Assembly: GCA_054600435.1 (NCBI GenBank)
Contig: BAAIJX010000002.1
Span: forward strand, 558,001-622,000
Source of the DNA: Neophaeotheca triangularis
Lineage: Eukaryota
Length of the DNA stretch: 64,000 nt
Direction: 5' to 3'
Below are positions 11,389 through 24,277 of the stretch, one piece after another. Position numbers and translations under genes: made by a program. The stretch's first letter is position 1. Every line of letters starts with the position of its first letter. Below the pieces are notes generated by a model. It saw only the letters and a program-made list of their open reading frames with translations. It ran no database searches and was not told the origin of the DNA.

Positions 11389-12705
11389 ATGCTCCACCGC
11401 TTCTCGAGGCTCATCTTTGTCACTGGAATCGCTATCCTTCTGGCCCTGTTCGTCTTGTTCAGCGTCTCATTGGACAACCTACCGCAAAAAGTTGGACTTG
11501 GAGAGAAATATGGGCCGTCGGAAGAGCAGATTCAGAGTGGAAAGAACATTCTCCCCGACTTGAGGGTGGGCAAGCCAGATCCGGACAAGCCATTCAAGAA
11601 CAGTCACAACCAGGGCAACAGAAAGGCAGACTCGGGCCTTGGAGATGGCAAAGCACAAAAACGGCCGCCAGGCCAGACAAAGCCCCTAGGAAGCAACTAC
11701 ACCAAAACACTTGTCATGCCGCGCCTCAGCAACGAGGACACTTCGTGGGTAGAAGCCGAGCTCCAGGACATGCTCGACAGCGGCGCGCTGAGCACAGCAA
11801 TCTACACAGTTGACAGACCTGAGGAACCCTTCAAAGTCCCCAAGAACAAAGGACACGAGGTCATGGTGTATCTAAGTTATATCATCCATTTCTACGAGGA
11901 GCTTCCCGATGTATCCATCTTCATGCACTCCCACCGTTTCGCCTGGCACAACAACGAGATCCTCGAGACCGATGCCTCGCTCATGATACGCCACCTCAGT
12001 CCAGAGCGGGTGACAAGAGAAGGTTACATGAATTTGCGGTGTCATTGGGATCCAGGGTGTCCCGATTGGCTGCACCCGGGCAACACGGTGCGGAATCCGG
12101 ATAAGCAAGAAGAAGTGCTGATTGGAGAATCGTGGGCGGAACTGTTCCCTTTCGATCTTGCTCCCTCGGTGCTTGCTCAGCCATGCTGCGCGCAATTTGC
12201 AGTCAGCCGCGAAAGGATCCAGGCGATTCACAAATCAAGATACATGTTTATGCGCGACTGGCTGATCCGCGTAGAGTACAGCGATTACCTGTCCGGCAGG
12301 ATTTTCGAGTACCTATGGCAATTCATTTTCTCCGGAGACCCGGTCCATTGTCCCAGCATGTCGGCTTGCTACTGCGACGGTTATGGGCTGTGCTTTGGTA
12401 GCGAGGAAGCTTTTGATTATTGGTTCGAACTGAAGTACGTGAGAGACAGGGCGAAGGAGGAGTTAAGGTTGTGGCTTCAAGGGGCTCATGCGATTGAGGA
12501 CCAGATCAAGAAGCACGGACAGGTTGCTGAAGAAGCTGTGATGGACGTGCCGGAGGTTGGCAAGGACGAGGTTCTGGAGAAACGGATAGCTGAACTCGAC
12601 GAGCAGATGAATGATATGATTCGGGAGGCTATTGAGAAGGGCAGAGATCCTCGACAGAGGGCAAAGGAGAGTGGACGGGAATGGAAGGAGGGTGATGGAT
12701 TCTGA
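11389..12705 (+). CDS. DUF3431 domain protein (N-terminal membrane anchor)
   Basis: KNKGHEVMVYLSYII, AWHN, QPCCAQFAVS and GRIFEYLWQ motifs. Confidence 0.9.
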   Translation: MLHRFSRLIFVTGIAILLALFVLFSVSLDNLPQKVGLGEKYGPSEEQIQSGKNILPDLRVGKPDPDKPFKNSHNQGNRKADSGLGDGKAQKRPPGQTKPLGSNYTKTLVMPRLSNEDTSWVEAELQDMLDSGALSTAIYTVDRPEEPFKVPKNKGHEVMVYLSYIIHFYEELPDVSIFMHSHRFAWHNNEILETDASLMIRHLSPERVTREGYMNLRCHWDPGCPDWLHPGNTVRNPDKQEEVLIGESWAELFPFDLAPSVLAQPCCAQFAVSRERIQAIHKSRYMFMRDWLIRVEYSDYLSGRIFEYLWQFIFSGDPVHCPSMSACYCDGYGLCFGSEEAFDYWFELKYVRDRAKEELRLWLQGAHAIEDQIKKHGQVAEEAVMDVPEVGKDEVLEKRIAELDEQMNDMIREAIEKGRDPRQRAKESGREWKEGDGF

Positions 12706-13468
12706 AGCGCTTTTTGAGCTTTATGGAAGCGTTCGAGCGAAGCTACAATAGCATAGTGTACATTTGTGAACAAGATATTGGCTACGATGCAGTAAATGTT
12801 GATACGAGAGGATATAGGGTTGGAAAAGCAGAATGTTCATCGAGCATTCAGCACTTGCGCAACCGCTCGTCCTTCTTTTGCTTGTAGCGGCTACAGAAAG
12901 CTCCCTCCGATTGCGCCAATGCAGTTGTATTCCGGCTCATGATATATTTCGATGCCCTGGAAAAGATGAGAAGGGCCAGCTGGCAGACTCGTAGAAGTAT
13001 TGATCAATGAGTAGTTTTCCAAAACATCCAAAACACAGGAAGCCGGTCAACGACAGCGACAGCTGAAGGTAACATTGTTCCATATTATCATGTAGAAAAG
13101 ATCATCACTACTGCCTACAGACTCACAGAAAATGCCGGTACTACTGTTGATCTCGCTACCTCCTATCAAACAGGCAGGTTTCCACCAAGGCCGAGATATC
13201 CGGGGGACGGAGAAATCATATATGGGTTGGTAGGTCCCCATGCCCCGTCCGCTACCTAAAACAACATTTCATCGCTCTCACATCACCACTGTCACCACCA
13301 TTTGGCCTCGGTTTTGTATATCTTATCGTCGTTGTCTATCCACATATCTGCATGTCTGCCTGCGCAAACATCAACGCCACCCTCGGCAAGCTTGATCAAG
13401 CTCGTCGGATTCGGCGTTGGTCGACTTGCGAGGACAACTAACGTAGTAGATATCTCACAACCCGGACG

Positions 13469-15041
13469 ATGCTACAGGGAGATGACTTGCATCATTCGAG
13501 CCAAGAGTCCACCACAGTAGACGAGACCTCGCAAGAGCTCCGACATGCTAAGGCCACGGAACCCCAACCATCATCACCCGAAGACGTAAACGGGACAACA
13601 GTGCCCACACCAAGCCCCGTCCCCGATGGAGGGTTTAACGCCTGGCTCCAGGTTCTGGGGGCTTTCATGTTGTTCTTCAATACTTGGTACGTCAGCACCG
13701 ACACTCGAAAAACACGTATGCAAAAACAAACGTAGCTAACAATCCACATCAGGGGTGGTACGTTGCACACCAACCCTCTCGCGCAACCGGGCTCTCACGC
13801 CCCCTGAATAAACTAACCCCCCTAACAACTAAAACAGTCCTCAACACCTTCGGCGTCTACCAAACCTACTACGAGTCCGGCCAACTCTACTCGGAAACAT
13901 CGTCCAACATCTCCTGGATCGGGAGCATCCAATCCTTCACCGTGCTGCTCGTCGGCGCCCTCACGGGCAGCGTCTTCGACGCCGGGCACCTGCGTCTGCT
14001 CCTGAGCTTGGGCGCTTTCGGCATCGTCTTCGGGCACATGATGCTCTCGCTGTGCGACGAGTGGTGGCAGTGTCTGCTCGCGCAGGGGTTCGTCATCGGC
14101 ATGGGCGGCGGCTGTCTGTACGTGCCGGCTGTGGCGATTATGCCGCAGTATTTCAGGGCCCGGCTCGGGTTGGCGCTGGGGCTGGCGGCGAGCGGGAGCA
14201 GTATGGGGTGAGTTGAGTTGAGTTGTACAGGATAGGATGTGTTTGTGGGTAGAGGAGTTTAGCTGACCGACTGCGTCGTAGCGGCATCGTCTACCCAATC
14301 GTCTTTTACCGCCTCGTCGATCCGATAGGGTTCGGCTGGACGACTCGCGTGCTGGGTTTCATTGCGCTCGCGACGTTGCTGATACCGGTAGCGTGCATGC
14401 GGATGAGAGTTCGGCCGGGGAAAGTACGTGCACTAATCGACTGGTCGGCCTTCCGGGACGTCTACTGGATCTTATTCGTTGCGGGGACGTCGGTGGGCTT
14501 CGTCGGGGTCTATGTCGGGTTGTTCTACACGAGCTACTACGGGCAGGAGCGTGGCATCACCGGCGAGAGTCTGTCGTTTTACCTGGTACCCATTTTGAAC
14601 GCGGGATCGGTTTTTGGACGGACGATCCCCAACTGGGTTAGTGACAAGACGGGGCCGTTCAACATCGTCGCGCCCGGTGCTTTCATCACGGGTGTCGTCT
14701 TGCTCTGCATGATGGCCGTGGACTCGGTCGGGGGCCTCGTGGTGCTCACCCTGCTGTTCGGCTTCTTCTCTGGCATCTTCATTGCCCTACCACCAGTGCT
14801 CTTCAACGCTCTGACCGAGGACAAGAGTAAACTGGGCACGAGAATAGGCATGGGATTTGCCTTTATCGGTTTGGGGGTTCTGGTCGCCGGCCCTGGTGGC
14901 GGTGGTATTTTGGGCTCCCGGGAGCCGTTGGACTGGCAGAGTTTGTGGACATTTGGTGGAGTTTGCACGCTTGTTGGTGGTGTGGTTTTCATTGGCATTA
15001 GGGTGGCTAGAGCGGGTTGGAAATTGCGCGTGAAGGTGTAA
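13469..15041 (+). CDS. MFS monocarboxylate-porter family transporter (MCH-like)
   Basis: VPDGGFNAWLQV, FGVYQTYY and ISWIGSIQ motifs. Exons 13469-13686, 13753-13757 (5 nt), 13838-14207, 14282-15041. Confidence 0.92.
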
Positions 15042-15812
15042 GAACTTTTGGAGTCTCGTGTACATCTGAGAACACACGTACTGGTGAAATCGCCCCCATT
15101 CGTTCTCGACGCTATTCGGCATGGCCTCTGGACGACACGGTGGCTAGCTGTCAAACCTCCTCTCCTTGCTCCGTAGCTGCTTGCAAGGCGACTGGTCAAG
15201 CTCCCGGGCCTCGAAGCACTTTTATTCCGCGTGCACCACGGGTCTCGAGCTCCTTCGCCACGACCACCTGTGAAGGAAGATAGTAGCCCGACCTGTCCAT
15301 TGTATGGCAAGAGTGGTAAAGCCAGCCCCGAAGAAACTGGGAATGCTCCTCGACATCTCAGTCGTTGTAGCGTTCCTATGCCTACCGGATTCATTTCCCA
15401 CAAACCGGATCGCAGCTTCCAGTGGTTGTCTTTGACGTAGCTGTTAGCCAACCCCTCGAGGACGGTCGCCGTGAAAGGGTTGAATCCGAGGACTTCCTAG
15501 AGCGAGAAGCTGTCAATGGGCGATGCACCAACTCTGACCCTAGCTAATCACGAGGCGAGGGGCATATTACAATTCTCAAGCTAACCGAGAAAAGCGACGA
15601 CATGCTCACAGAAGAGAAAAGTAAATCGGAATAATATATATAGCGTATGGCAGCCGTGTCCATGGAAAGACGCAAGCGGGAGAACCACAATATCCGAATT
15701 TCCCATGAAAAAATCCCAGCCTCAAATAGCGCCAACGCTAAATCTCAAGAACCCATTAGATATAGCCAAAAGCTCAAAAATTCGCCGCAAGATCAGCACT
15801 TGATCTCTTACA

Positions 15813-17115
15813 TCACAAGAAACCCCAAACGGTGGAAGCCAAAACTCCAATCGTCAAAAGCACCGCAGAACCCCGGGCAGCCACCAACCCGTCCGCCCCG
15901 GAGTCCACGGCAGCAATATCCTCCACGTACCCCGGCCCGCAACTCATCTCCACCATGCTAGCCGCCTGCCCGTAGGTCTTGGAAACAGGCTGCGAGCTGT
16001 TGCCAGCGTTGCTGGCGAAAACAGCCATGGTGTCGATCAAGCACTGCGAGCAAGCGGGGCGGGTTCCGCCCGGCAACTGCACGCCCAAGGGTAAGTAGTA
16101 GATGTAGCTGCTCGTTGGGGCGGACGCGTTGGTCAGCGCGTTGGCGAAACAATACGAGCCCGTTTCGGGGTTTTGCAGGCAGCCGGCGCGGTAGACGGGC
16201 TCGTAGGCTAAGAAGCCGTGGTAGGCTTGCAGGACTTGCGGGTTTTGCATTTCCAGGTCGTCGCCGCAGGTTCGAGGGGATTGGATTTGCTGGGCTAGGT
16301 TGGCCATGAGGGCGCTGCAGGTGGCGAAGGGGGCGTTGCAGCTCGTGTCGAGGCTGTGGGTCAGGCGGAAGAGGGAGCGGGAGGTTGTAAAGAAGGAGTT
16401 GGAGGTCTGTGAGAAGGGGTTAGAGAGATTGTCTTGCTGGATTGGGAACGTGTAGGGTGCGAGGACGAACCTGTAGGAGAAGGGAGAGGGGAAGACAGTC
16501 TTGAAATGTTTGGTTGGAAAGGAAGGAGTCGAAGAAAACGGGACATGATTGGGAGGTGAAGTTGTTGCCCAGGCTGCTGTCAAAGGGTCTAGGGAGCTTC
16601 TCGTCAGACGTGCCTGTTGCTGTCGCGATGGCACCGCTTCCCGTCGGTGATGCTGTGCCCTCTGCTGCAGCAGACGATAGCCTGCTTGACGGGAGCGCCG
16701 TAACGTCACCAACATTGTCTTGCCTCTTCGCCAGCTTGTCCCTCGGAGCAGGTGCCTGGCTCATGTCGTAAATCAACCCGCCAGCCTCAACCGTCTCGAC
16801 TATCATGCTGCGTCCGCCTACCGCTGGACCAGCATCCACACCTCTCGAGCACAACAAAACGGCCAGCAAGACCGCCCACGACATGATACTCGCGGCCCGC
16901 CATGATCTTCTCAAACCAAAAGCACCCCTACCACCAACCGAGCTCTTCAAAAGGCGATTATCTCGTCTTGGACCATTTGCAGTGTTCGAACCGTCACACA
17001 AGGCGTTTCCCCAATCTAGCCGGCCGGATAGCCGCGTCCGCCTCGGCGACACAACAGGCGGTGTTGAGCTGCAAAGCGAAAAGTGCAGGGCAGCTGGTGC
17101 GGTAGTGGGTGTCAT
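15813..17115 (-). CDS. Cys-rich secreted/GPI-anchor-like conserved fungal protein (DUF7729-like)
   Basis: Signal-like segment MSWAVLLAVLL (ATG 16884 is an alternative start), LPRPFDSSLGNNFT..SCP..F motif and hydrophobic C-terminus. Intron at 16470-16407. Confidence 0.75.
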
Positions 17116-17825
17116 CGGTCCGGCGACTCGTGGAGACTGCGCGACCGTTGCATGACAGATGTCCGCAACACCGTCCAGGTCGGCGGTGGTCGTGTGCGAG
17201 AGGCCTCCCGTGACCTCGTGGGGACCCTGGTGCTCGGGCTCGAGCTCACGTTGGAGGATGATTGCGGTTGTCGTTGGTCGTTAAGAAGAGGGACGGTGTC
17301 GTAGGTAGTAGGTGGTAATAGTATTTCGTCGAGGTGCTGTCCGGATCGGGGAGGTAGATGGCCGATCAGTCAACAGTAGCACAAGAATCTAGAATGCTTG
17401 GAATGTTCTCCCTTGCAGAAGGGAGCAGGGGGCGGCGTAGCGGGCCGAGTGTTGATCTGATGGGCAAAGGCGATATTAACAACTTGACGTAGCAGTGAAT
17501 TAGATGGATGGGATAGATAAGAGGTGGTGATTTTAACAGAGGCAGCAAAAGAAATGATGAAAGAAGATGTGCAGGTGTTAGTTGATGAGAGGGTGAAACA
17601 CTAGGTAGGTAGCATAAGGTAGCGTAGGTAGGTACTAGTAGTGCTCGAGGGTTGAGAGGGGGGAATGGGATGGGGATGATATCGATAAGAATAAGAATAA
17701 TATCAGAAACAATGTTTCGTTGGCGGACTGCATCCCCGTCGAACTCTACGTAGTAACAAGTACCATACCGTACCGTGCCGTACCGTACCTAGCCCATGTC
17801 CGTGGCAGAGTAAGGCCCATGTGTT

Positions 17826-17853
17826 GGATGGATGGATGGATGGATGGATGGAT
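17826..17853 (+). repeat. (GGAT)7 microsatellite
   Basis: Direct read. Confidence 0.95.
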
Positions 17854-18311
17854 GTATGCATGCATGTGAATTTTAATGTCTTTGCTTACCGTATCCGGAC
17901 GAAGCATTAGATACTCAGTCCATACTAGTAGTCCATGTATTGAGAGAAACTAGTGCACAGCCGCCACAAGATGAAGCATCCGTGCAGTCATGACTGCAGT
18001 GAGGTATACTTTATTGCTATGAAGCGAAGCGAAGCGAAATCCTTTTCTGTCGTCTGATGATCCAAATTCAGGCATACTAAGGTAGAGGGTACTACTAGTA
18101 GTATATAAACCTGCAGGTATCAAGGCTAGTAGGCAATACCCGACGGAGCCAGCCGGACAGCCGCCATCTACAGTATCACCTGCATTATTAGGTACCTACA
18201 TACATACCTCCTAGTATTTACCCCATTCGAGAGAGTCATGAAGAGTCTGGCCAATTCTATCAGCTGCACCAAAGAAACGCCACATTAGTATTTGTACACC
18301 ATCACACGTAC

Positions 18312-18352
18312 CAACAACAACGACAACAACAACGACAACAACAACAACAACA
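18312..18352 (+). repeat. Imperfect (CAA)n microsatellite
   Basis: Direct read; downstream of PRI2. Confidence 0.9.
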
Positions 18353-18598
18353 AGTTGAAACGTATAAAATGCATTCCAGGTACTACGGCTGTACAGTACC
18401 CTGAACGTCGTACAAACCGTTTCCATCGAGGACCCGAACCGTTCGAACCATTCCTTTGAAATGACTGCAAACCATGGTTTGCCCTTGCATGAATTCCTTT
18501 CCTTTCCTTTCGCGTAATACGCCAGACTACGCCAGACTCCGCGCAGTAAAGAGACTGATAAACTTCGTTGAATTCCAACACCTCACCACCTCTCCTCG

Positions 18599-20192
18599 CT
18601 ATTGACTCGACCCTCGAGGACCATCGACACCAATATCCCCGCTCTGCACTTTGCCCAAATTCTTGAGCAAGAAACTTCGCTTGAAGTAGGTATTCGGGTG
18701 GAGAATCGTGTCCAACTCGCTCGCGGGCCAGAGGTTCTCGTCCTTGACCTGATGGCATCCATTAGTCAACATTCTCTCGCACAGTGACGGGAAACGTTTG
18801 TTGGCTCAAACTCACCTTTTTAATCTGCGTCTTGTGAGTAGTTTCGAAAACTCGGTTGCAAGCAATGTGATATCTCTGCTTGCCGACGTCCTCCTTGACG
18901 CCCTTCAACAACTCCCGGTCGCTGACTCCCACGTTCTGTAACAAAGCAATGAGATTGTCCGGCGTGTACGTTCGGTAAGGACACCCGTGATTCTGACCTC
19001 CACTCGGCAGCGCTTCCGTGAGTAGTTTCTGGCAACTATACGGCGTATAGCCTCTGCCCCTTTTGTTCGCATCGCCGCCTACATCGCCATAAGCGTGGCG
19101 GATGTTGTACAGGTATTCCGATTTGAATTTGTCGTCGGCGATGAGTTTGAAACTCTTGCGCCAGAAGACTATGCACTCTTGCAGACTTAGGCCGAGGCCT
19201 TTGAGGAAGAGTGTGTACTGCAGCCTACCGAAGTGCTTGAGGTGGTGGTTCTTGCGCAGCTCACGGTGTAGGTTTTGCATGCAGAGCGGGAAGCTGTTGG
19301 AGAGCGTGTCAATGCTGGCGGCTGTGATGGTCGTCTCGTCGCCGATGCTAGAGCTTTCCGCATAGCCAGCATCGGGCGCAACAAAGGACTGGGACAAATG
19401 GTGGAGGATGGGAGCTAGCCGGTTATCCTCATCCATGCGTGGAAGAAAGCGCGCGGAGAGCTCGAGCCCGTTCTCTAACTGTCTTGAAAACTCGTTGACG
19501 ATCATGGAAGATTGCTCGCGGACGTGGACGTAGGCTTTTCCCTTTTTGACCAGGCATTGGCGGCGCTCAACGAGCTCGGGCACCTTTTCCCAGTCGCACT
19601 TGAACCAATTCTCCTCGTCGCCTCGAGATACGCTGAAGTTGGTCGCGTCTTTTAATTGATCGAGATGTTGGCTTTTCTCAGCTGATGTGACAATTTCCCA
19701 CGACATGGGGAGGGAGTCTATGAACTCGCGGCGTTCGCGAAGGTCGTCTTGTTGGAGGCGGAGTTTGAAGAGTTGTGTCTCCAGGCGGGCGAAGCGTTGG
19801 CGTAGATCTTGGGTACTGCTGAAAGCGAGGCGCAGTGTCCAGTGCGAGTAGTGATCTCTCTTTCTTTGCATATCTAGCTCCGAGCTCTTGCTGCTGTTGC
19901 TGCTCAACGGCATGTGTGTTCGCAGTATGGGTTGCATGTATTCCGCCGTCTCTTCTGGGGTCTTGTTGCGGAATTGGCATGCTTCGAGCTCGGCCAGGAC
20001 CTTTAGTCGTGCAATACCCCATTCTTCGAATTGCTCGAGCGAGACGTCGCCAGTCGGTGGGACGATGTAGAAGTTCATGCGATGTGGGAAGGGTAGCGTC
20101 TCGAACTGTGCCTTGTCGCCAAACTGACGCTTTCGGGCGTCGACATTACGTCTTTTGATGTCGACTCGGGGAGCCACATTGGTTGCCAGCAT
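18599..20192 (-). CDS. PRI2: DNA primase large subunit
   Basis: DHYSHWTLRLAF, FPLCM, HLKHFGRLQ, YNIRHAYG, HGCPY and HPNTYF motifs. Intron at 18815-18749. Confidence 0.96.
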
Positions 20193-20443
20193 CTTGTCGG
20201 TTTTTGCAGCAGATTGTGTGTATGGGTGAGAACGTTGGGTCGACGACGTATGCAGCGAAAGTGGTCGCGTTCTGGACGACGCGACGAAACGCGAAGCGGC
20301 AGCCCTGACTCTCATCACCAAAACTCATGGGACTGCAGAACAGTTGACACGACTTTTGTACCGCTGGTTTTTGAGACGATCAAGATGTAGTAGAGCAAAC
20401 CTTTCTACCTCTCCAAGCTCCTTTACTCCTTCGTCCCCTCCTC

Positions 20444-21759
20444 ATGCTCCTCACCCGCCGCGTTGCCTCCTTCGCATCGCGCGCTCCACCACAATGCTGC
20501 CGTTACATATCCACCTTCAAGCCCGACGATCTAGTCATCCTCCGCCAAACCAATGACCGCACCGCTCCCCCAATCCTCTCCAAACCCCTATCCCCCGGCA
20601 GAACAATCCAAAACCACAAAGGCGTAATCCAACACTCGGACATATTAGGCAAAGAGCCGCGAGACATTGTCAGTGCGGTCAAAGCTTCCAAGAACAGCGA
20701 TGGCACCGTACGGAAAAGGATAGAAACCACATATCGAGTCCAGCCGGTCAAGCTGGAAGAATATGTGCGCCTTTCCAGGAGGTTGGTGACGCCAATATAC
20801 GCTGCGGATGCGAGTGTCATTGTAGAATTGATGGACATACACATTGAGTCATCCACACAAACCCAAGAGGACGGATCGTTGGAAGAGCCCCCTAGACTTG
20901 AGATCCTCGAAGCCGGCACTGGTCATGGCGCTCTTACACTCTACCTCTCCCGCGCAATCCACGCCGCAAACACACCACTATGGGAGAAAGAAGCGCAGAG
21001 AGCAAAAGACCGAAACAACATCAATGACAACAATCCCGATTCCACGCCCTCAACCCCTCCAGACGAAAGAAAAGCTATAATTCACTCCATCGAAGTCTCC
21101 GCCAAATACTCCCAACACGCGCAACAAGTCGTTTCAAACTTCCGCCACGGCCTCTACGCCCGCAACGTCGACTTCCACATCTCAGACATCTCCGCCTGGC
21201 TCGCTACCAAACAAAACCAAGCCCAAACCGCCACCTTCCTCTCCCACGCTTTCCTCGATCTCCCCAACGCAGACTCGCACATTGCGGCTGTCGCGCGGGC
21301 GCTGAGGACGGATGGCACGTTGGTGGTTTTCAACCCTAGTATCACGCAAATTACGGATGTGGCGAGGAGGGTTAGGGAGGAGGGGGTAGAGTTGGAGTTA
21401 GAGAGTGTAGTGGAGTTGGCTACGAACGGGGGCAGTGGGGGAAGGGAGTGGGATGTTAGGCCTGTGAGGCCAAGGGCGGGGAGGAAGGGAGTGGAGAGGG
21501 CTGGGGAGGAGGAGGAGGAGGGTGGGGTTGCGGCTGGGAAAGAGGAAGTTTTGGGCGAAAGTGAGGGAGAAGAGGGGCAGATTGCGGAGGCTGATGCTTC
21601 TGGCGATGAGAGGTCGGATATTGAGCCTGCTAGTCAGCCTGTTGCTCCGCCGGCCAAGGACGAGTGGTCTATGGTTTGTAGACCCAAAGTCGGAGACCGC
21701 GTGATAGGTGGAGGTTTCCTGGGCGTGTGGAAAAAGAAGAGAGTGCAAAGGACCGATGT

Positions 21760-21805
<46 letters not shown>

Positions 21806-21823
21806 GGAGCCGCAGACGAGTGA
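20444..21823 (+). CDS. TRM61: tRNA (adenine-58-N1)-methyltransferase catalytic subunit, probably mitochondrial-type
   Basis: RLVTPIY, ILEAGTGHGALT, FLDLP and FNPSITQI motifs; Arg/Ser-rich presequence. Confidence 0.85.
21761..21805 (+). repeat. (CAA)15 encoding poly-Q at the TRM61 C-terminus
   Basis: Direct read. Confidence 0.95.
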
Positions 21824-23069
21824 AGTAGGATTTGTACTCCACCATGATAGCAAAGGAACATGTATTACTACCGAAACAAATTGCAGCCACTGGCTTGCCC
21901 GGAAACTCAACATCGTGATCTGATCGACAGCGAGGCGAAGAAAAGGATCCGGGCCAGGGCACTGTACTGCATGGGGATCCCCCTTTCCATTTCTCTTTCA
22001 CTCTTACCTTCTCACTCTCTTACCTTCTTACTCTCTCACTTCTGCTCAGCTATCCCCTTTCTCCCCAACTACGAACTGTCCGTAGCCCCGACAGCGCTAC
22101 CGAATGGCAGAGAAAATCTCGAGCTCGGGCAGGCTAGGCTCTAAGCAAGATCTCGTTCAGTCGACGACACCAGGAGGTCCTGTAAGGACGGAGAAGCCTT
22201 TGAGTGGACAGTCCGCTCTGTTTGAAATACGGAGAGCTTTGCCGAGGGCCATGCACTGGGAAGAAGCTGATTTTGCCCGCCGGCCTGTCTAGGCTTCTTG
22301 TCTCGACGATATCTCAGATTGCGAGAGGGCGGTCAAGGAGTCGTTATTATTGCTATAAGACAGTCTTGGCGCTTATATACGGTGAATGAAAAGATACCTG
22401 GACGCTGTCGTCATCGCTATGGCTATAGGCGTGGTTTAGTGCCTACACGAGTAGCGGGGAGAGAACGCCTGTTTACTGTACTGCGCGAAGCACGAAGGAC
22501 CATCATCAACACATGTACGGATGAAAGCTAAGAAGAACATATGAAAATACCACTGTTGATGTTACACGTCTACGGCTCTCCCCTGTTACATCGATCATGC
22601 CCTTTCAATCACTCGTCTCTCCCTTCTGGCGCAAAACGTCCAGCAGCAAAATCGAAAGCAACATATGCCAAACCCCATCACTCCATCCCCGCCCATGCTG
22701 TGCCGTTCTTCCATCGTCGCTTCCGTGCTGAAACCGCCCCGGACGACCAAAAGCAGTCACGCGTATCGCCGCCATTGACAAAAAATGATTCCAAGAGGCT
22801 CCGAAGGTGCGTGCACTTCGATAGCCAGTGGGAGAAGAGAAGAAGGGAAAGGGAAGTGTATTAAGAGAAGGAAAAGAGGTGGTATCAAGCCATGGAAGAC
22901 TTTCGTGGGCGCCAAGATTCGCAGAATGGTTCGCTAGAGGGGCGCAAGGTATGAACACGATGGATTTGGGCATGCTTTAGCGGTTGAAAATACATGCTTT
23001 TGTGAGGAGGGTGTTGTTGTGGCGTGAGGTGTGCAGGCTGCGGGATCTGCTGAACTGGAAGAGTGTCGG

Positions 23070-23466
23070 TTACATTATTGTGCAACAGCCGCCTTGTTGT
23101 TGGGGAGCATAGGGGTCTTCGCGTTTGTCGACCTGGTAGTGAGGGTTAGCCGGATGTCCCGACGATTGCTGTGCCGAGGCGATTGAACGTACCTGCCCCC
23201 ATCGACTGGGCACCATGAAGTCTTTAGGCTCTTTGTCTGTAAAAGCGATCAGACTGCAGGACCGGTTGTTAGTAGAGATCATCTGGACGTCGTGCCCAGG
23301 ACAAAACTCACTCCATGGCCGCTTCACTGACTGGTATTCTTCTCCTGTTCAGATCCTCCTGCAGTCGCTGGTTCAGTTCTGTAAGCCGCCTAAGCTTCAG
23401 CTCTGCCATACTCTGCTTCTTGCTCTTGCCATTATCGTTGGTACGGATTTCGTAAGGTGTAGACAT
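23070..23466 (-). CDS. STE18: Heterotrimeric G-protein gamma subunit
   Basis: KKQSMAELKLRRLTELN, DFMVPSRWG and C-terminal CCTIM CAAX box. Introns at 23311-23254 and 23192-23133. Confidence 0.95.
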
Positions 23467-24247
23467 GGTGACTGGGGATGAGATCGGCCTGGAACGAAAG
23501 TCCTTGGATTGCTCGCGATCGGGAGAAGGGGTGAGGGTGATATGTATACGTGGGTTGGCCAGCTCCGAAAGGGGAGGAATCGTGCTCGCTTTGATTGACC
23601 GGTATTTTAGGTTACTGTTGATCTCTCGCGCGCTCAATGGTCGCCGAGTTGGTGTTTTCGTCGGCTAGAGAAATGCTCAAAATTGCTTCGGCCGAGTGTT
23701 CTCGTGGAAATGCCGACAAATGTCGCGCGCGGGTTCACGAGAGGCGCGGGTTAGATTGGCGGAGGGGGGCGCAAGCAAAGCTGTTGGAAGAAGGTCAGCG
23801 GGCTGGACGCTGCAATAGCGTGGAGGACGGAGGAACGTCATGGACAAGTCTGGTTCGTGAAACGTGCCTTTGCGTCTGTAGCGATAATGGCGGCTTTTTT
23901 TAAGCTGCTGCGTCGCCGGCGCACGCAGGTACACGTGATGCTGGCGCGACAATACGGCAGGGAGTTGGGTAGGGCAGACGAGATGAGCGGTGCGTGCGAG
24001 ATCGGGTCGCCTGTCGTTGGCCGGCTGGAGACCTATCCCCTGTCGCAGGTTATGCTGCTGTACGTACGGAGCAGCAGTTGCTTCTGTTGACCGTGAAAGT
24101 GAAATGCGACGTGAGCAGCCAATGGATACAGAGAAGCAGCACGCAGCACGAAGACCCGACGTTGCGGCGCGGAGATGGGGCGGGGCGGTGGGGAGCAGTG
24201 TGAGTGTGAGAGGGAAGAGCGTGGCCGAGGTGGTACGAGGGGGTGAG

Positions 24248-24277
24248 TGGTGGTGGTGGTGGTGGTGGTGGTGGTGG
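24248..24277 (+). repeat. (TGG)10 microsatellite
   Basis: Direct read; intergenic between G-gamma and eIF3a. Confidence 0.9.

Noticed and set aside
17300..18460. TA-rich intergenic region with short tandem repeats as a possible RIP-degraded transposon
   Set aside because: No TIR, LTR or transposase remnant; resembles ordinary microsatellite-rich intergenic DNA.
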